From Eledone cirrhosa (Eukaryota): 64,000 nt of DNA. The notes beneath the pieces are model-generated. The model saw nothing but the letters and a program-made list of their open reading frames with translations, did no database searches and was not told the origin of the DNA. This document shows positions 12,701 to 24,362 of the stretch, piece after piece (the stretch's first letter is position 1; each line of letters starts with the position of its first letter). The position numbers and the translations under genes were made by a program. The stretch covers positions 125,860,001 to 125,924,000 of the forward strand of contig OZ024743.1 in the NCBI GenBank assembly GCA_964016885.1, in the 5' to 3' direction.

Positions 12701-13117
12701 AGATATGGGCGGCAACTGCAGAGGATATGCGACGGCTGGAGAGAAAGGAAGCAAGTATACTCCGTTGGATGTGCAATGTCAATGTACGTGAACGACCAAG
12801 CATGGATGAGTTGAGAAAGAAACTGGGTATAAGTTGTGGTGTGTAGGAGAGAAGGCTGAGATGGTATAGGCATGTGATGCGCATGGAGGATGACCGCTGG
12901 GTAAAGAAGTGCCAAGAAATCCCAGTAGAAGGAAAATGCATAAGAGGTAGACCACGTAAAACATGGGCGGAGGTGGTGAGAGCAGACCTCAGACACTGAA
13001 ACTCACCGAGGAGATGACGAAGGACCGTGACAAGTGGGGAGATGCTGTGCTGAATAGGACCCGTCCCACCCTTGCAAGCAGGGAAAAGCGGACGTAAAAT
13101 GATGATGATGATGATGA
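9758..13117 (+). mobile_element. Near full-length RTE-clade LINE, inactivated
   Basis: APE endonuclease (ATLNVGTL, CVQE, ISAYAPQ, GVFNGHVG, IDFLLV, QHRLV) in ORF 9945-10853; RT motifs NYRGIKL, QFGF, AFVDLEKAFDRV, LLYADDLAL, FRYLG; several stops and frameshifts; ~48-bp deletion at ~12069 removes the VGVHQGSVLSPLLF motif; ends in a (GAT)n tail. The 5' boundary is uncertain. Confidence 0.93.
9945..10853 (+). pseudogene. AP-like endonuclease portion of the RTE ORF
   Basis: 302-aa open stretch with APE motifs, ended by a premature stop/frameshift; the usual GDFN motif reads GVFN. Confidence 0.85.
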
Positions 13118-13134
13118 TACATATATATATATAC

Positions 13135-13910
13135 ATACATACCGCCCGTCATTTCTGTTCTCCTGGTCATTCTTCCCTACATGTTTCAGTCCTAGGTGTC
13201 CTTTTACATCATGGATCACAGGCCTCATGCACCAGGACTGAACAAAGTCTGATTCACCGCCTTGGGTCCTATTCCCCTCTTGCACTTAACTCACCTCCCC
13301 AATTTCTCTAATACCCCGTCCATTATCACACCTCTAGATTCCTATCGCTTTCTCTTGATCATTAACATCTCTTACAACTAATACAGGCCGACTATATATG
13401 TTCACTCCACTTTTCCCTTCACTGCTCTGTATACACACATACACACCCTTATATTAACATACTTTTGCTCATAGCTTCGTAGTTACATGCACACACACTC
13501 TTTTACTCACATATACACACACACATTTCTTCTTAGCTTCATACTGACGTATAATAACACACACACACACACGTGCACAAGTATAGCTCTTTTTACAAAA
13601 CATTTTTTTTCCACTTCAGGTAGACGTGCTCCATCATCCACTTTTCTAAAAAATAAATCATACACAAAACGCCAGCACCAACAGTTTTGCAAGAGATGTC
13701 AACATGAATGGACCTGTTATTTTTATCTAAAGACATTTTTTCCAATTCCATCCCGCCCGTCCCCTCAATCTATCTTATTTCTTATTCTTTCTTCTGATGA
13801 AGGACTAGCGTCCGAAACGTTAAGACCCTCTTCCTGCTATATCAAGCGTTAACCTAATATATCCCTTCCATATACTGTACCGATTGTGTTGTTATTTCTG
13901 TTTACCTTTT
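13135..13910 (+). mobile_element. Penelope-like element 3' fragment (GIY-YIG C-terminus, 3' UTR, pseudo-LTR)
   Basis: Translation TARHFCSPGHS...EQSLIHRLGSYSPLALN matches the HF..xGH...EQxxIxxLxTxxPxGLN C-terminus of PLE GIY-YIG endonucleases; hammerhead near the 3' end; sits between TA tracts. Confidence 0.75.
13790..13825 (+). ncRNA. Minimal type I hammerhead ribozyme motif of the PLE type
   Basis: TCTT-CTGATGA-A-GGAC-tagc-GTCC-GAAA-CGTT-AAGA: stem I TCTT/AAGA, 4-bp stem II, palindromic AACGTT in place of stem III. Confidence 0.75.
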
Positions 13911-13934
13911 ACATATATATATATATATATTTAC

Positions 13935-14557
13935 TCGAGAGAAGGCTACGTTGGTATGGACACGTGATGCGCATGAAAGTCGATAGCTGTATAACAAAGT
14001 GCAGGGCAATAAAGATAGACGGTAGTCACGGAATAGGCAGACCTAGAAAAACCTGGGACGAGCTGATAAACTCCGACATCACACACTTACACCTCTCCAA
14101 GACAATGTCACTGGACCGAGACCTTTGGCGGTACTCAGTAACAGAGAAGACCCGCCTTACCTAAATATATAGTAAAACCTACTCCAGCCAGTAGGCATCT
14201 CTAACAAAATACATCCCGTCCCACCACCACCATCCCCACCCCACCACACCACCCCGTTCTATGTAAAGTTATGTTGGTGCCGCGCCATCGAGGCCGAAAC
14301 AAATGAGATCGTGTAGGTGTCACGACAAAAAAACACACAGTCCACGCTGTAATGTGGCCGTGTAGGCAACACGGTAAAAACCTCCCAGACCCACACTGTA
14401 AATGTGGTTGGTGTTAGGAAGGGCATCCAACTGTAGAAAACCTGCCAGACAGTCCTATGCGAGCAAGACAATCACTCTTGCCTCAAGTGGGACTACCCCC
14501 GTCCAAACCCATGCAAGCGTGGAACACGGATGTTAAACGTTGATGATGATGATGATG
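13935..14557 (+). mobile_element. RTE 3' fragment of another subfamily with tail module
   Basis: ERRLRWYGHVMRM...GRPRKTWDE; followed by the GTTAGGAAGGGCATCC module and a (GAT)n tail. Confidence 0.85.
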
Positions 14558-14564
14558 ATATATA

Positions 14565-14611
<47 letters not shown>

Positions 14612-14706
14612 TCATCATCATCATCATCATCATCAACGTTTAACGTCCGTGTTACATGCAAGCGTGGAACACGGACGTTAAACGTTGATGATGATGATGA
14701 TGATGA

Positions 14707-14769
<63 letters not shown>

Positions 14770-14852
14770 TATATATCAAATTATAAATGCGAGGAAATAA
14801 TAGACAAAAATATACCCATTTTTTCTTCAAAGTCCCGACTGCAGTTTCACCA
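14770..14852 (-). mobile_element. Short PLE-like terminal fragment with the 3' half of a hammerhead
   Basis: Minus strand GAAAC-TGCA-GTC (14848-14837; palindromic stem III plus GUC) followed by ~65 nt of T-rich tail; the CUGANGA half is absent; embedded in microsatellite. Confidence 0.4.
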
Positions 14853-14878
14853 TATATGTATGTGTGTGTATCTATCTA

Positions 14879-15530
14879 GGACATCGAAACTGTTCTGCAC
14901 GCAATTGTTCAGTGCCCAGTGGTGACCGACCTGTGGAATTGTGTCGAACTGTTACTGTCCCGTGTAGGACGCATCCAGTTGTCAGCCGAGTCCATCGTGA
15001 GGGTCATCCCGCTGCCTTCATTTAAGAATGAAGGAGAGGCGGTCTTCCTCTGTCTGGTGGCTATGGCGAAAGAGGTAATATGGTGGACGAGGTTAAAAGG
15101 ACTGAGGGCAAGCATCCTTCTCTCCGGACAACAACTCCTCCCCTTCTTTAAGTATCACTTCAGAAGGAAGGTGGGAGTGGAGAGAGATGTGCTACATCCC
15201 AGTAAATTCGCTGAACGGTGGGTGAATGTGGCGAAAATGGCCCGAGTGAATGGGCCTTCTCTGTATGTAAACCTGTAGGTTGAGGAAGATAAACAGAGGG
15301 AAGACGGGAACACCTACAAAACGTGTTCCTCGTGTTGAGGGTTGTTTTATCCACGGTGTGTAAAACAACCCCGCAGTAGCGTCCCCCTCACCCCCCTAAT
15401 GGGGATTTCAATTGTTTTATTTTTATATAGTTTATTGTTATTTATCATTGTTAAATATTTTATGTAAAACCCCCGCCGTCACGTCTTGTAATGTCGCATT
15501 TTTGTACGCCCCTGTGGCAAATAAAGAAAG

Positions 15531-15531
<1 letters not shown>
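14879..15531 (+). mobile_element. Tx1/L1-clade LINE 3' fragment
   Basis: DIETVLHAIVQCPVV..LW (end of CCHC zinc knuckle), AKEVIWWTR; 3' UTR ends AATAAAGAAA; inserted in (TATC)n/(TA)n. Confidence 0.78.
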
Positions 15532-15561
<30 letters not shown>

Positions 15562-16705
15562 TAGAGATTTTAGAAAAATTATCTACTGTGACACCTACAC
15601 ATTAATACAATTAATTAAATTAAATGAACTGCACAAGAGATGAGGTGGATTGCTAAGGTGTGACTTATTATGTCAATCCTTTTACATATGACTAATCAGT
15701 TTCCTTCCTGTTTCATTTTTAGATTTGTAAAGGATATTTCTTCTGACAATTTTAGGAAGAAGGTGATGTGTAACCGTGCTTGACCACTCCTTTAACACCT
15801 ATAAATACCTACCTTTATTAAACAACTGATAAAGAATAGATTTTCATTGATTCATTTTCTCTTTTGAAGTGTAACAGTATAAATATGTAAATATGTCTGG
15901 TTTTTTTTTTTCAATACCTAACCCATTCATATCAATAACATATCAAGGATAAAAAAGGAAAGAAAATGTTGGGTGCAGATAGAAGGCTGTGTGTATTTTC
16001 TTTTAATGGAATCATTCAACATCTCTTTGATATCATCAAAAGTTAAAAAATAAAAAGAATTGTTTTTGTTTAGTCCCCTGTCAGTCACAATCATGGAGGA
16101 GACTATGATCAAATTTATTCCAGCTGTGACCATCCTACCATGGTTTGTTTTTCAGACAGATGTTATCCAACTAGAACTACAACATTCAATGTGTCCTTTT
16201 TTTTTTTATATAGTTGAACATGATTTGAGTTTTCTTTATTGGCTTAAATACCTCAGTATTATTTTCTTGAAAGGAGAAGTCACAAGGAAAGGATTTTCTA
16301 TAGAAATATATATTGAAATGAAATGAAATAGACCCCCCCCCCCCCCAACAACACTTATGTAGACTTAGCTGACCTCCTATGAAGTTGTATCCCATAGGAG
16401 ATTTCTTGGCTATTTTAATGATATGGACCGCAATCACATGTGTGTGTGTGGTTTAGAATGTGGTTTAGAATTGGAAAGCATCTGGCTGGAAAACATTGCC
16501 AGCATGAAAAAGTTGATGTTAAAATGATGATGATGATATATCAAATCAACAAAGGGGGCTGTTAGCCACTTTTTTTTGTTTGTAGGGGTATTTTACCCGA
16601 TTTTCTAAACTATTATCTATAGCAATCAAACTGTGTATTTACAGTTATTTCTGCGTCTGAGTTTCTAATATTTTCATAACTCCTCAACGCTCCTACAGTT
16701 TGATC

Positions 16706-16773
<68 letters not shown>

Positions 16774-16898
16774 GTATCATCATCATCGATTAACGTCCAT
16801 CTTCCACGCTAGCATGGGTTAGACGGGTCCCGACAAGTTAGGTCGGGTGACCATGTCTTGCTCATATAGAGGTGTTTCTGGCTGGTTTTCTATGGCTT

Positions 16899-17818
16899 CA
16901 TCATCATCATTTCATTTTAATTGCGCTTTTTCCCTGCTTGCAAGGGTGGGACGGGAACTGATTCTGGCTTGATTTCTACAGCTGGATCATCATCATCATC
17001 ATCACCGTTTTACGTCCGTTCTTCCATGCTAGCATGGGTTAGACGGGTTGTCCTGTTGCAGGCAGTGTCTGGTCGGCTGACCATGCCTTGCTCATACAGA
17101 AACTGATTTTGGCTTGGTTTCTACAGTTGGATGCCCTTCCTAACACCAACCTCATTTACAGTGAGTGGTGGCTGCTTTTTTCTGTGGCACCTACATGTCC
17201 ACTTTACAGTGTGGGCTGGGTGTTTTTTTGCCGTGGCACCTCCAGGACCACTTTGCAGTGGGAGGGTTTGGGAGCATATTGTCTATATGCTTCAGCTTGT
17301 ACTCATGGGAGGTCGGGTACTCTGTATTACTGCTTGACGCCAGAGGTCACAGTCGTGTGACATCGCCTTTGAGAGGTGTAATTGGGTAAGGTCAGCTTTT
17401 ATCACCTCATCCCAGGTCTTCTTGGGTCTCCCCACTCTGCTGTTTCCATTGACTTCTAGTGCTCTGCACCTTTTTATGCAGCTGTCATCCTTCATACGCA
17501 TCACATGTCCATACCAATGCAACCGCCTCTCCTGCACACAGCATTTGATTCCTCTTATGCTCAGTCTCTCTCTCGCCCTTCCTAACACCAACCTCATTTA
17601 CAGTGAGTGCTGGGTGCTTTTTTGCCGTGGCACCTCCACGACCACTTTGCAGTGGAATGATATGGACCCCAGTCCCTATCATCTCATTTCTACAGCTGAG
17701 TAAACTGGAGCAATGTGAAATAAAGTGTTTTGCTCAAGGACAAAACACATCACTTGGTCTAAGAATTGAACTCACAACCTTTCGATTGCAAGGCCAATGC
17801 TCTAACCACTAAGCCATG
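16899..17818 (-). mobile_element. Second SINE family 2 copy, split by an RTE insertion
   Basis: 17575-17818 plus 16899-16987 rejoin to the reverse complement of 18513-18841. Confidence 0.85.
16988..17574 (-). mobile_element. 5'-truncated RTE copy, same subfamily as 20085-21493
   Basis: Reverse complement aligns closely with ~20911-21493 (ERLSIRGIKCCVQERRLHWYGHV...RPPMSTS plus the same 3' region). Confidence 0.92.
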
Positions 17819-18506
17819 TATATATATCCAGAGAAGACACAGTACATATACAATTATCTTCTACTTTTAACTTAATATTACTCTGGGTAATATCTATTGA
17901 GCTAATTATTCAGAAGCACATAATTCTAGCATCATGCTAGAGTGGAAGATGGACGTTCAACGATGATGATGATGATGATGAGGATGATGATGATGATGAG
18001 GATGATGATGATGATAGCCTGTTTAATCTTTGCCTTGTGTTATAGTGTGACAATTTATAATTATGTTATAAATGATGTATCTTGTGGGAGGGTTGTCATA
18101 TGTTTTAATGATAGTGGTCTAAATCCTATCATGCAAAGCAATGTGAAATGATCTTGATCAAGAATGCAGCATACCACCTGGTCCAGAAAGAATGGATACA
18201 AGGCAGGGCTAGAGAGACATGTTTAGGATTGCAAAGACAGTCAACAAGAGAGAGATGTGAAGTGACAGGAGTGAATTGCTTGAATGTTGAAAAGAGAGAA
18301 ATTGTAGTGTGGGTGCATTTTGTAATGACATCAGTACTACCACTTTACAGTGTGGGCCACTGTGGCACCAACACTACCATTTTTTGGGCACTCGTGTCAT
18401 TTTTGGATAAGCTGGTAGTCGGCAGGATAAGAGAAGGGCACAAGCTACATGCTGCCTGAGGTCTTGCTACATCTCTTTGTGTACTTACAGTTTACATTTT
18501 GTATAT

Positions 18507-18841
18507 GGAGGCACATGGCTTAGTGGTTAGAGCATTGGCCTTGCAATCGAAAGGTTGTGAGTTCAATTCTCAGACCAGGTGATGTGTTGTGTCCTTGAGC
18601 AAGACACTTTATTTCACATTGCTCCAGTTTACACAGCTGTAGAAATGAGATGATAGGGGCTGGGGTCCCTATCATTCTACTGCAAAGTGGTCGTGTAGGT
18701 GCCACAGCAAAAAAGCACCCAGCACTCACTGTAAATGAGGTTGGTGTTAGGAAGGGCATCCAGCTGTAGAAATCAAGCCAGAATCAGTTCCCGTCCCACC
18801 CTTGCAAGCAGGGAAAAGCGGACATAAAATGAAATGATGAT
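18507..18841 (+). mobile_element. tRNA-headed SINE family 2 with RTE-derived body and tail
   Basis: GGCTTAGTGGTTAGAGC (A box) ... GAGTTCAATTCT (B box), GTGTCCTTGAGCAAGACAC core, GTTAGGAAGGGCATCCAGCTGTAG module, and a 3' end matching the RTE end at 13060-13100. Confidence 0.85.
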
Positions 18842-19016
18842 ACTATATTGAATTACTACCACCTCTTTTTTAGTATATTGAGTTTAGCCTTCTGTTGATG
18901 GAATCAAGGACCTAACATCTTTCCTACTTAGTAGGACTTTAGTTTTGGCTAAGGGGACTTTAAAGCTATGAGAATTTGGGTTTGGTTTCTATGGCTGGAT
19001 GCCCTTCTTAATGCCA

Positions 19017-19325
19017 ACCATGTTAGAATGTGGACTGGATGCTTTTTATTGTGGCACCAGCACAACCACCTTACAGAGTGAACTGGGTGTTTTTATTTTC
19101 ATGTCACCAACATGACCACCTTACAGGATGGACTGAGTGCTTTTTTTTATTGTGTCATCAGCATGACTACCTTATAGGGTGGACTGAGTGCTTTTTTTCT
19201 CATGACATCAACATGACCATTATACAGGGTGGTGCCTCTTGTGTCATTAGTACAACCACCTTACAGGGTGAACGGGGTACTTTTGCTGTTGTGGCACCAG
19301 ATCACCATACAGGGTGGACTTAGTA
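19017..19325 (-). repeat. Tandem array of ~7 imperfect ~40-bp monomers
   Basis: Plus-strand unit approximately ACCACCTTACAGGGTGGACTGAGTGCTTTTT-TGTCA(T/C)CAGCATG; the same monomer is arrayed at 34740-34920, 36260-36510 and within RTE/SINE modules. Confidence 0.75.
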
Positions 19326-19653
19326 TTTTTTGGTAATGGCAGCAACATTGCAGGGATCAGCCATGGAGCATATCTAGTTTTCCTTGCTTGTATGCATGGG
19401 TTAGACATGAGAGGTACATCAGGGGTAAGGAAGGTAAGATTGGGTGAGTATGCAAGTTGGACATGAATGGGGTTAGTATGATATTTAGGTGCTGTGGGGG
19501 AAAGAGCATTAATACTGGAAAGGTTGAATGGGAAAGGGGGATGGAAAAGATTAGTGCAGACTAGTGTCCTCTAAATATTTGTTTCATCCTGTGCACATGA
19601 AAAGGTGGGTATTCTGCAGTACAGCATAATGCCAGAGATCTTGATTCTGTACC

Positions 19654-19714
<61 letters not shown>

Positions 19715-20022
19715 AAATCTCTTCACAAACTGAGCCCCTGAATGAATCTAGCTGTCATGTCTCTCTCTCCCTCCCCCCTCTCTCTTTCTCTCTATCTCTC
19801 TCTCTCTATATATACAAGTGGAAGCTTAGTAAAATCGAAGCTTTGGCTGTGGCCAAGCAAAGTCGACCTACAATAAGGAATGAGTAGCAAAGCACTCAAT
19901 AAGAGTAGGTCCTTAGAGTAATAATATTACGTTTAAAAAGCTTGACAAATTGAAAATTGTGGTAGGCAAAACCCATAATACAATACCAAAAACAACGAAA
20001 GAACTAATCAGGTTATATATAT

Positions 20023-20084
<62 letters not shown>

Positions 20085-20087
<3 letters not shown>

Positions 20088-21493
20088 GATTAGCAATGAG
20101 TATAGCGAGGAATTTAGCGTACAGGTTGGGGTCCACCAGGGCTCTGTTCTTAGCCCTCTCCTGTTCATCATAGTCCTGCAGGCAATAACGGAGGAGTTTA
20201 AGACCGGATGTCCATGGGAACTCCTGTATGCTGATGACCTCGCACTCATAGCTGAATCTATGGTAGAACTAGAGAATAAATTCCAAACTTGGAAGCAGGG
20301 ACTAGAAAGAAAGGGTCTCAAAGTCAACATGACAAAGACTAAGGTCCTTGTAAGTAGACGAGAAAACAGAACCCAGATCCCCTCAGGGAAATGGCCTTGC
20401 TCAGTATGTAGGAAAGGTGTAGGTAGGAACTCCATTCTCTGCCCCAAATGCAAACAATGGGTACACAAGAGATGTAGCGGGATCTCAGGAAGGTTAATTA
20501 AGAATGTAGGATTCACATGCAGCAGCTGTGCTGAGACAGCAAGCAGCAAACAGCCACAGGAAACAAGTACCACCAATCTGTGGGAGGGCCCTGTAGAAAC
20601 AGTAGACAGCTTCTGCTACCTAGGTGACCGAATTAGCAGCGGAGGTGGGTGTTCAGAAAGTACAATAACTAGGGTAAGAACGGGATGGAAGAAGTTTAGG
20701 GAACTACTACCACTGCTAGCTGCAAAAGGCTTCTCCCTCAGAATGAAAGGCAGACTGTATGATGCGTGTATCCGAACAGCGATGTTGCATGGTAGTGAGA
20801 CCTGGGCGCTGAAGGTGGAAGACTTACGTAGATTAGAGAGAAACGAAGCCTGCATGCTCCGATGGATGTGTAACAGTAATATACGTGAACGACAAAGCAT
20901 AAATGAATTGAGAGAGAGACTGAGCATAAGAGGAATCAAATGCTGTATGCAGGAGAGGCGGTTGCGCTGGTATGGACATGTGATGCGTATGAAGGATGAC
21001 AGCTGCATAAAAAGGTGCAGAGCACTAGAAGTTGATGGAAACCGCGGAGTGGGGAGACCCAAGATGACCTGGGATGAGGTGATAAAAGCCGACCTTACCC
21101 AATTACACCTCTCAAAGACAATGACACATGACCGTGACTTCTGGCGTCACGCAGTAATACAGAGTACCCGACCTCCCATGGGTACAAGCTGAAGCATATA
21201 GACAATATGCCCCCCCCCCCACCGCAAGGTGGTCGTGGAGGTGCCACGGCAAAAAAGCACCCAGCCCACACTGTAAAGTGGACGTGTAGGCGCCACGAAA
21301 AAGCACCCAGCACTCACTGTAAATGAGGTTGGTGTTAGGAAGGGCATCCAGCTGTAGAAATCAAGCCAGATCAGTTCCTGTATGAGCAAGGCATGGTCAG
21401 CCGACCAGACACTGCCCACAACAGGACAACCCGTCTAACCCATGCTAGCGTGGAAGAACGGACGTAAAACGGTGATGATGATGATGATGATGA
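20085..21493 (+). mobile_element. 5'-truncated young RTE LINE (RT C-half, PHD-like finger, composite 3' end)
   Basis: Uninterrupted frame from ~20086 to the stop at 21192: VGVHQGSVLSPLLF, LLYADDLAL, FCYLG, RRLRWYGHV, GRPKMTW; starts at a (TA)n tract, ends in (GAT)n. Confidence 0.93.
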
Positions 21494-22248
21494 TATGTGT
21501 GTGTCTGTGTGTACATATATATATATATTTATATATAATATAAATAAATAAATAAATATATAAGATATATATATATCACCTTCCTATGTACACAGGCTGA
21601 AGCAACATCTGGTGGTCTTTAGTGTGCACCACTTTCCCCCCTCCCCTTCCATACTCCTACGTCTCACCAGCTAAGAACCCCACCCTACATACACTCACCC
21701 CTCCTTTACACATCTGATGCATCTCTGTATACAAGTATGGAAAGCTGAACACACTCTCCCACAAAGCTGCTGAAATGGCTAAAAGCTCTCAGTCAAACCT
21801 GTAAGACGGTCATGCTGGTGTCATGACAAAAGAGCACCGAACCTTCCCTGTTAGATAACATAACAAAAGAGTATCTAGCCCTCCCTCCAAAGTGGTTGAG
21901 CTGTTGACATGACAAATAAACACCCAGTCCACACTGTAAAGTGGTCATGTTGGGGATATAACAGGAGGCAACCTGTCCACACTGTAAATGAGGTTGGCAT
22001 TAGGAAGGGCATCCAACCATAGAAGCCAAGCCAGAAACAGTTCTGTATGAGTGAGACACAGTCATCTGATCTGACTTGTCTCACAACGGCCACCGCGTCT
22101 AACCCATGCTAATGTAGAAAAATGGACATTAAATGGTGATGATGATGATAATGATGATATATATATATATATAAATTATATATATATCATAAATTATATA
22201 TATATATAAATTATATATATATATTTTATGTACTTATATATATAATTT

Positions 22249-22287
<39 letters not shown>

Positions 22288-22487
22288 AATATGCATAATA
22301 TATCTATATTTAAAAATATACACACACACATATCCATATACTAGTACTAGTATATATACATATCCAAGTACATATAATATATAAATATCATTTATATAAT
22401 TTACATATAAATATATATAAATATGCACAATATATATTAAAAAAATACACACTCACATATATAATGTGTATATATATATATTATTAT

Positions 22488-22541
<54 letters not shown>

Positions 22542-22599
22542 TTATGTATGTATATTAAAGAATCTGTTAACTATCAATTATGAAGTAGAGTAAAAAACT

Positions 22600-24302
22600 T
22601 TCTGCTAAATAGTTTGATAAGATTCCAGTAGAGAATGATCTATTTAATTCCCGAACGAAATAGAATAGAAGATTAGTGTGTTAAATATTAGTAGAATATA
22701 ATTTCCGAACGCTTCGTAAACTTGTTCTCATAGTACTTACTGATTTATCATACCGGAATATAGATTTCACAGAATGTTATTTTCGAACTGTGCAATATGA
22801 AACGCAGCTAACATGGTGGTTTGCTGCTGCTACATTACAATTTCACCGAATCTATATGAAAACGCATTATTTAATACTGTTATAAACACTACAGCTGTAC
22901 TTACACACTGCTGGTTCACTTTGGCTGTATTGCCGGTTTCTTTTTTAGACCAGATCATGGTGAAGCGATTAAAAGTTGTTCGTAACGGAAGGATGTACAG
23001 GGTGCACGACATGGCTGTACGGAGGAAAAGTGGTCCCAACAGTTTACCATGGGACGACGTGTGCCCAGCGGATTATTAATTGCTAATATTAATACCTCAA
23101 CTACTTTGCCCATTTCTATTTCAAACATTTTGCCACTTTTTGAAAACTCCACCAGTATCATTCTTACTAGTTAATCTTTTCAAACAGTTTTGCCTTTCTA
23201 CTTACAAAGGTGAGTCGTAAATTTGCGATTTTATTTTCTGTAATCTCTTACTTTTATTAAAGTTACTTCAAAGTCTGCATTTACCACCGGGAAGCAGAAT
23301 ATTACATCGGTGGACATTCTAGATATATAGAAAATATATATTGGCTAATTGATGTTTTCTGGCTTCGAACTGTAAATATAAGTGACCGCTTGACATACTT
23401 AGCATAAAGGCGTGTGCATGTTTATATTGTTCTGTAACTCTGAATAGTTTTTTTTAAATCAGCTATTTCTTCCTCTCAACCGTAATCATAATATCAGTCT
23501 CTTACTGTGTTACAGATAAGATATTTCATTTTCCGAAAGAGCATCACGCCACTTCAGTACACATTCCAAATCTGGTACTGAAACTATCTGCTGTAGTCGA
23601 GTTGTTGACATAGACATTTATTCCTAACTGTTTTCGAACAATTCTTCTTATAGGACCTTTATTCACCTTTCACGTAGTCTATTTATAATCACACAATCAT
23701 ACTCTAATAAACAAATACACTAACCTCTCCAATAAATACTCTTACCGTATTTGTATTTTGGTTTATAATTCATTCATAGTTTCAATTATACGCACTTCAT
23801 TAACGCACCCACCTCTACGTGCTTCAGTTAAACCTTTCGTAAACTCAAACATCATTAACTTCAATTTAATATTAGTTAGTATTTTATTTCCTTATCATTA
23901 ACTTATTTGACTGAACGACATGCTAATCCCGTCTTGTCAAAGTTCTTGGATTTTTCTTTCTTTCAAGTCGAGCGCTCGATTATAAAATTACTTAAATAAA
24001 CGAAAAGGTATTTATATTTTGTAACTTCTGTCAGTTTTCGGTAAATGAGCGTGATTGGTATGTTAAAATTAGTTGATATATTTTCTTGAAGCCCACCAGG
24101 CCGATGTTTTCATGTGTAGTGAAGTTAGGTATTCAAAACAAAATATGTATTATTAATAGCATACACTGTTTTGCATTGTAATGCATATATGCATTACATC
24201 AACACTGCAATAATTCGAATTACAAATGCTGATTTTGAAACATGTTCCATGCACGTATAACGTGATGGAATATATATAAACACACACAAACACACACACA
24301 CG

Positions 24303-24362
<60 letters not shown>

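Noticed and set aside
12531-13136. 201-aa and similar minus-strand ORFs (also 20013-20576, 20616-21062)
   Set aside because: Antisense shadows of RTE coding sequence.
18513-18585. tRNA gene
   Set aside because: Has A/B boxes but no acceptor stem and runs into a SINE body; it is a SINE head.
19017-19325. CRISPR-like regularly spaced repeats
   Set aside because: Units are contiguous degenerate monomers without unique spacers, match an RTE/SINE module, and there are no cas genes; context is eukaryotic.
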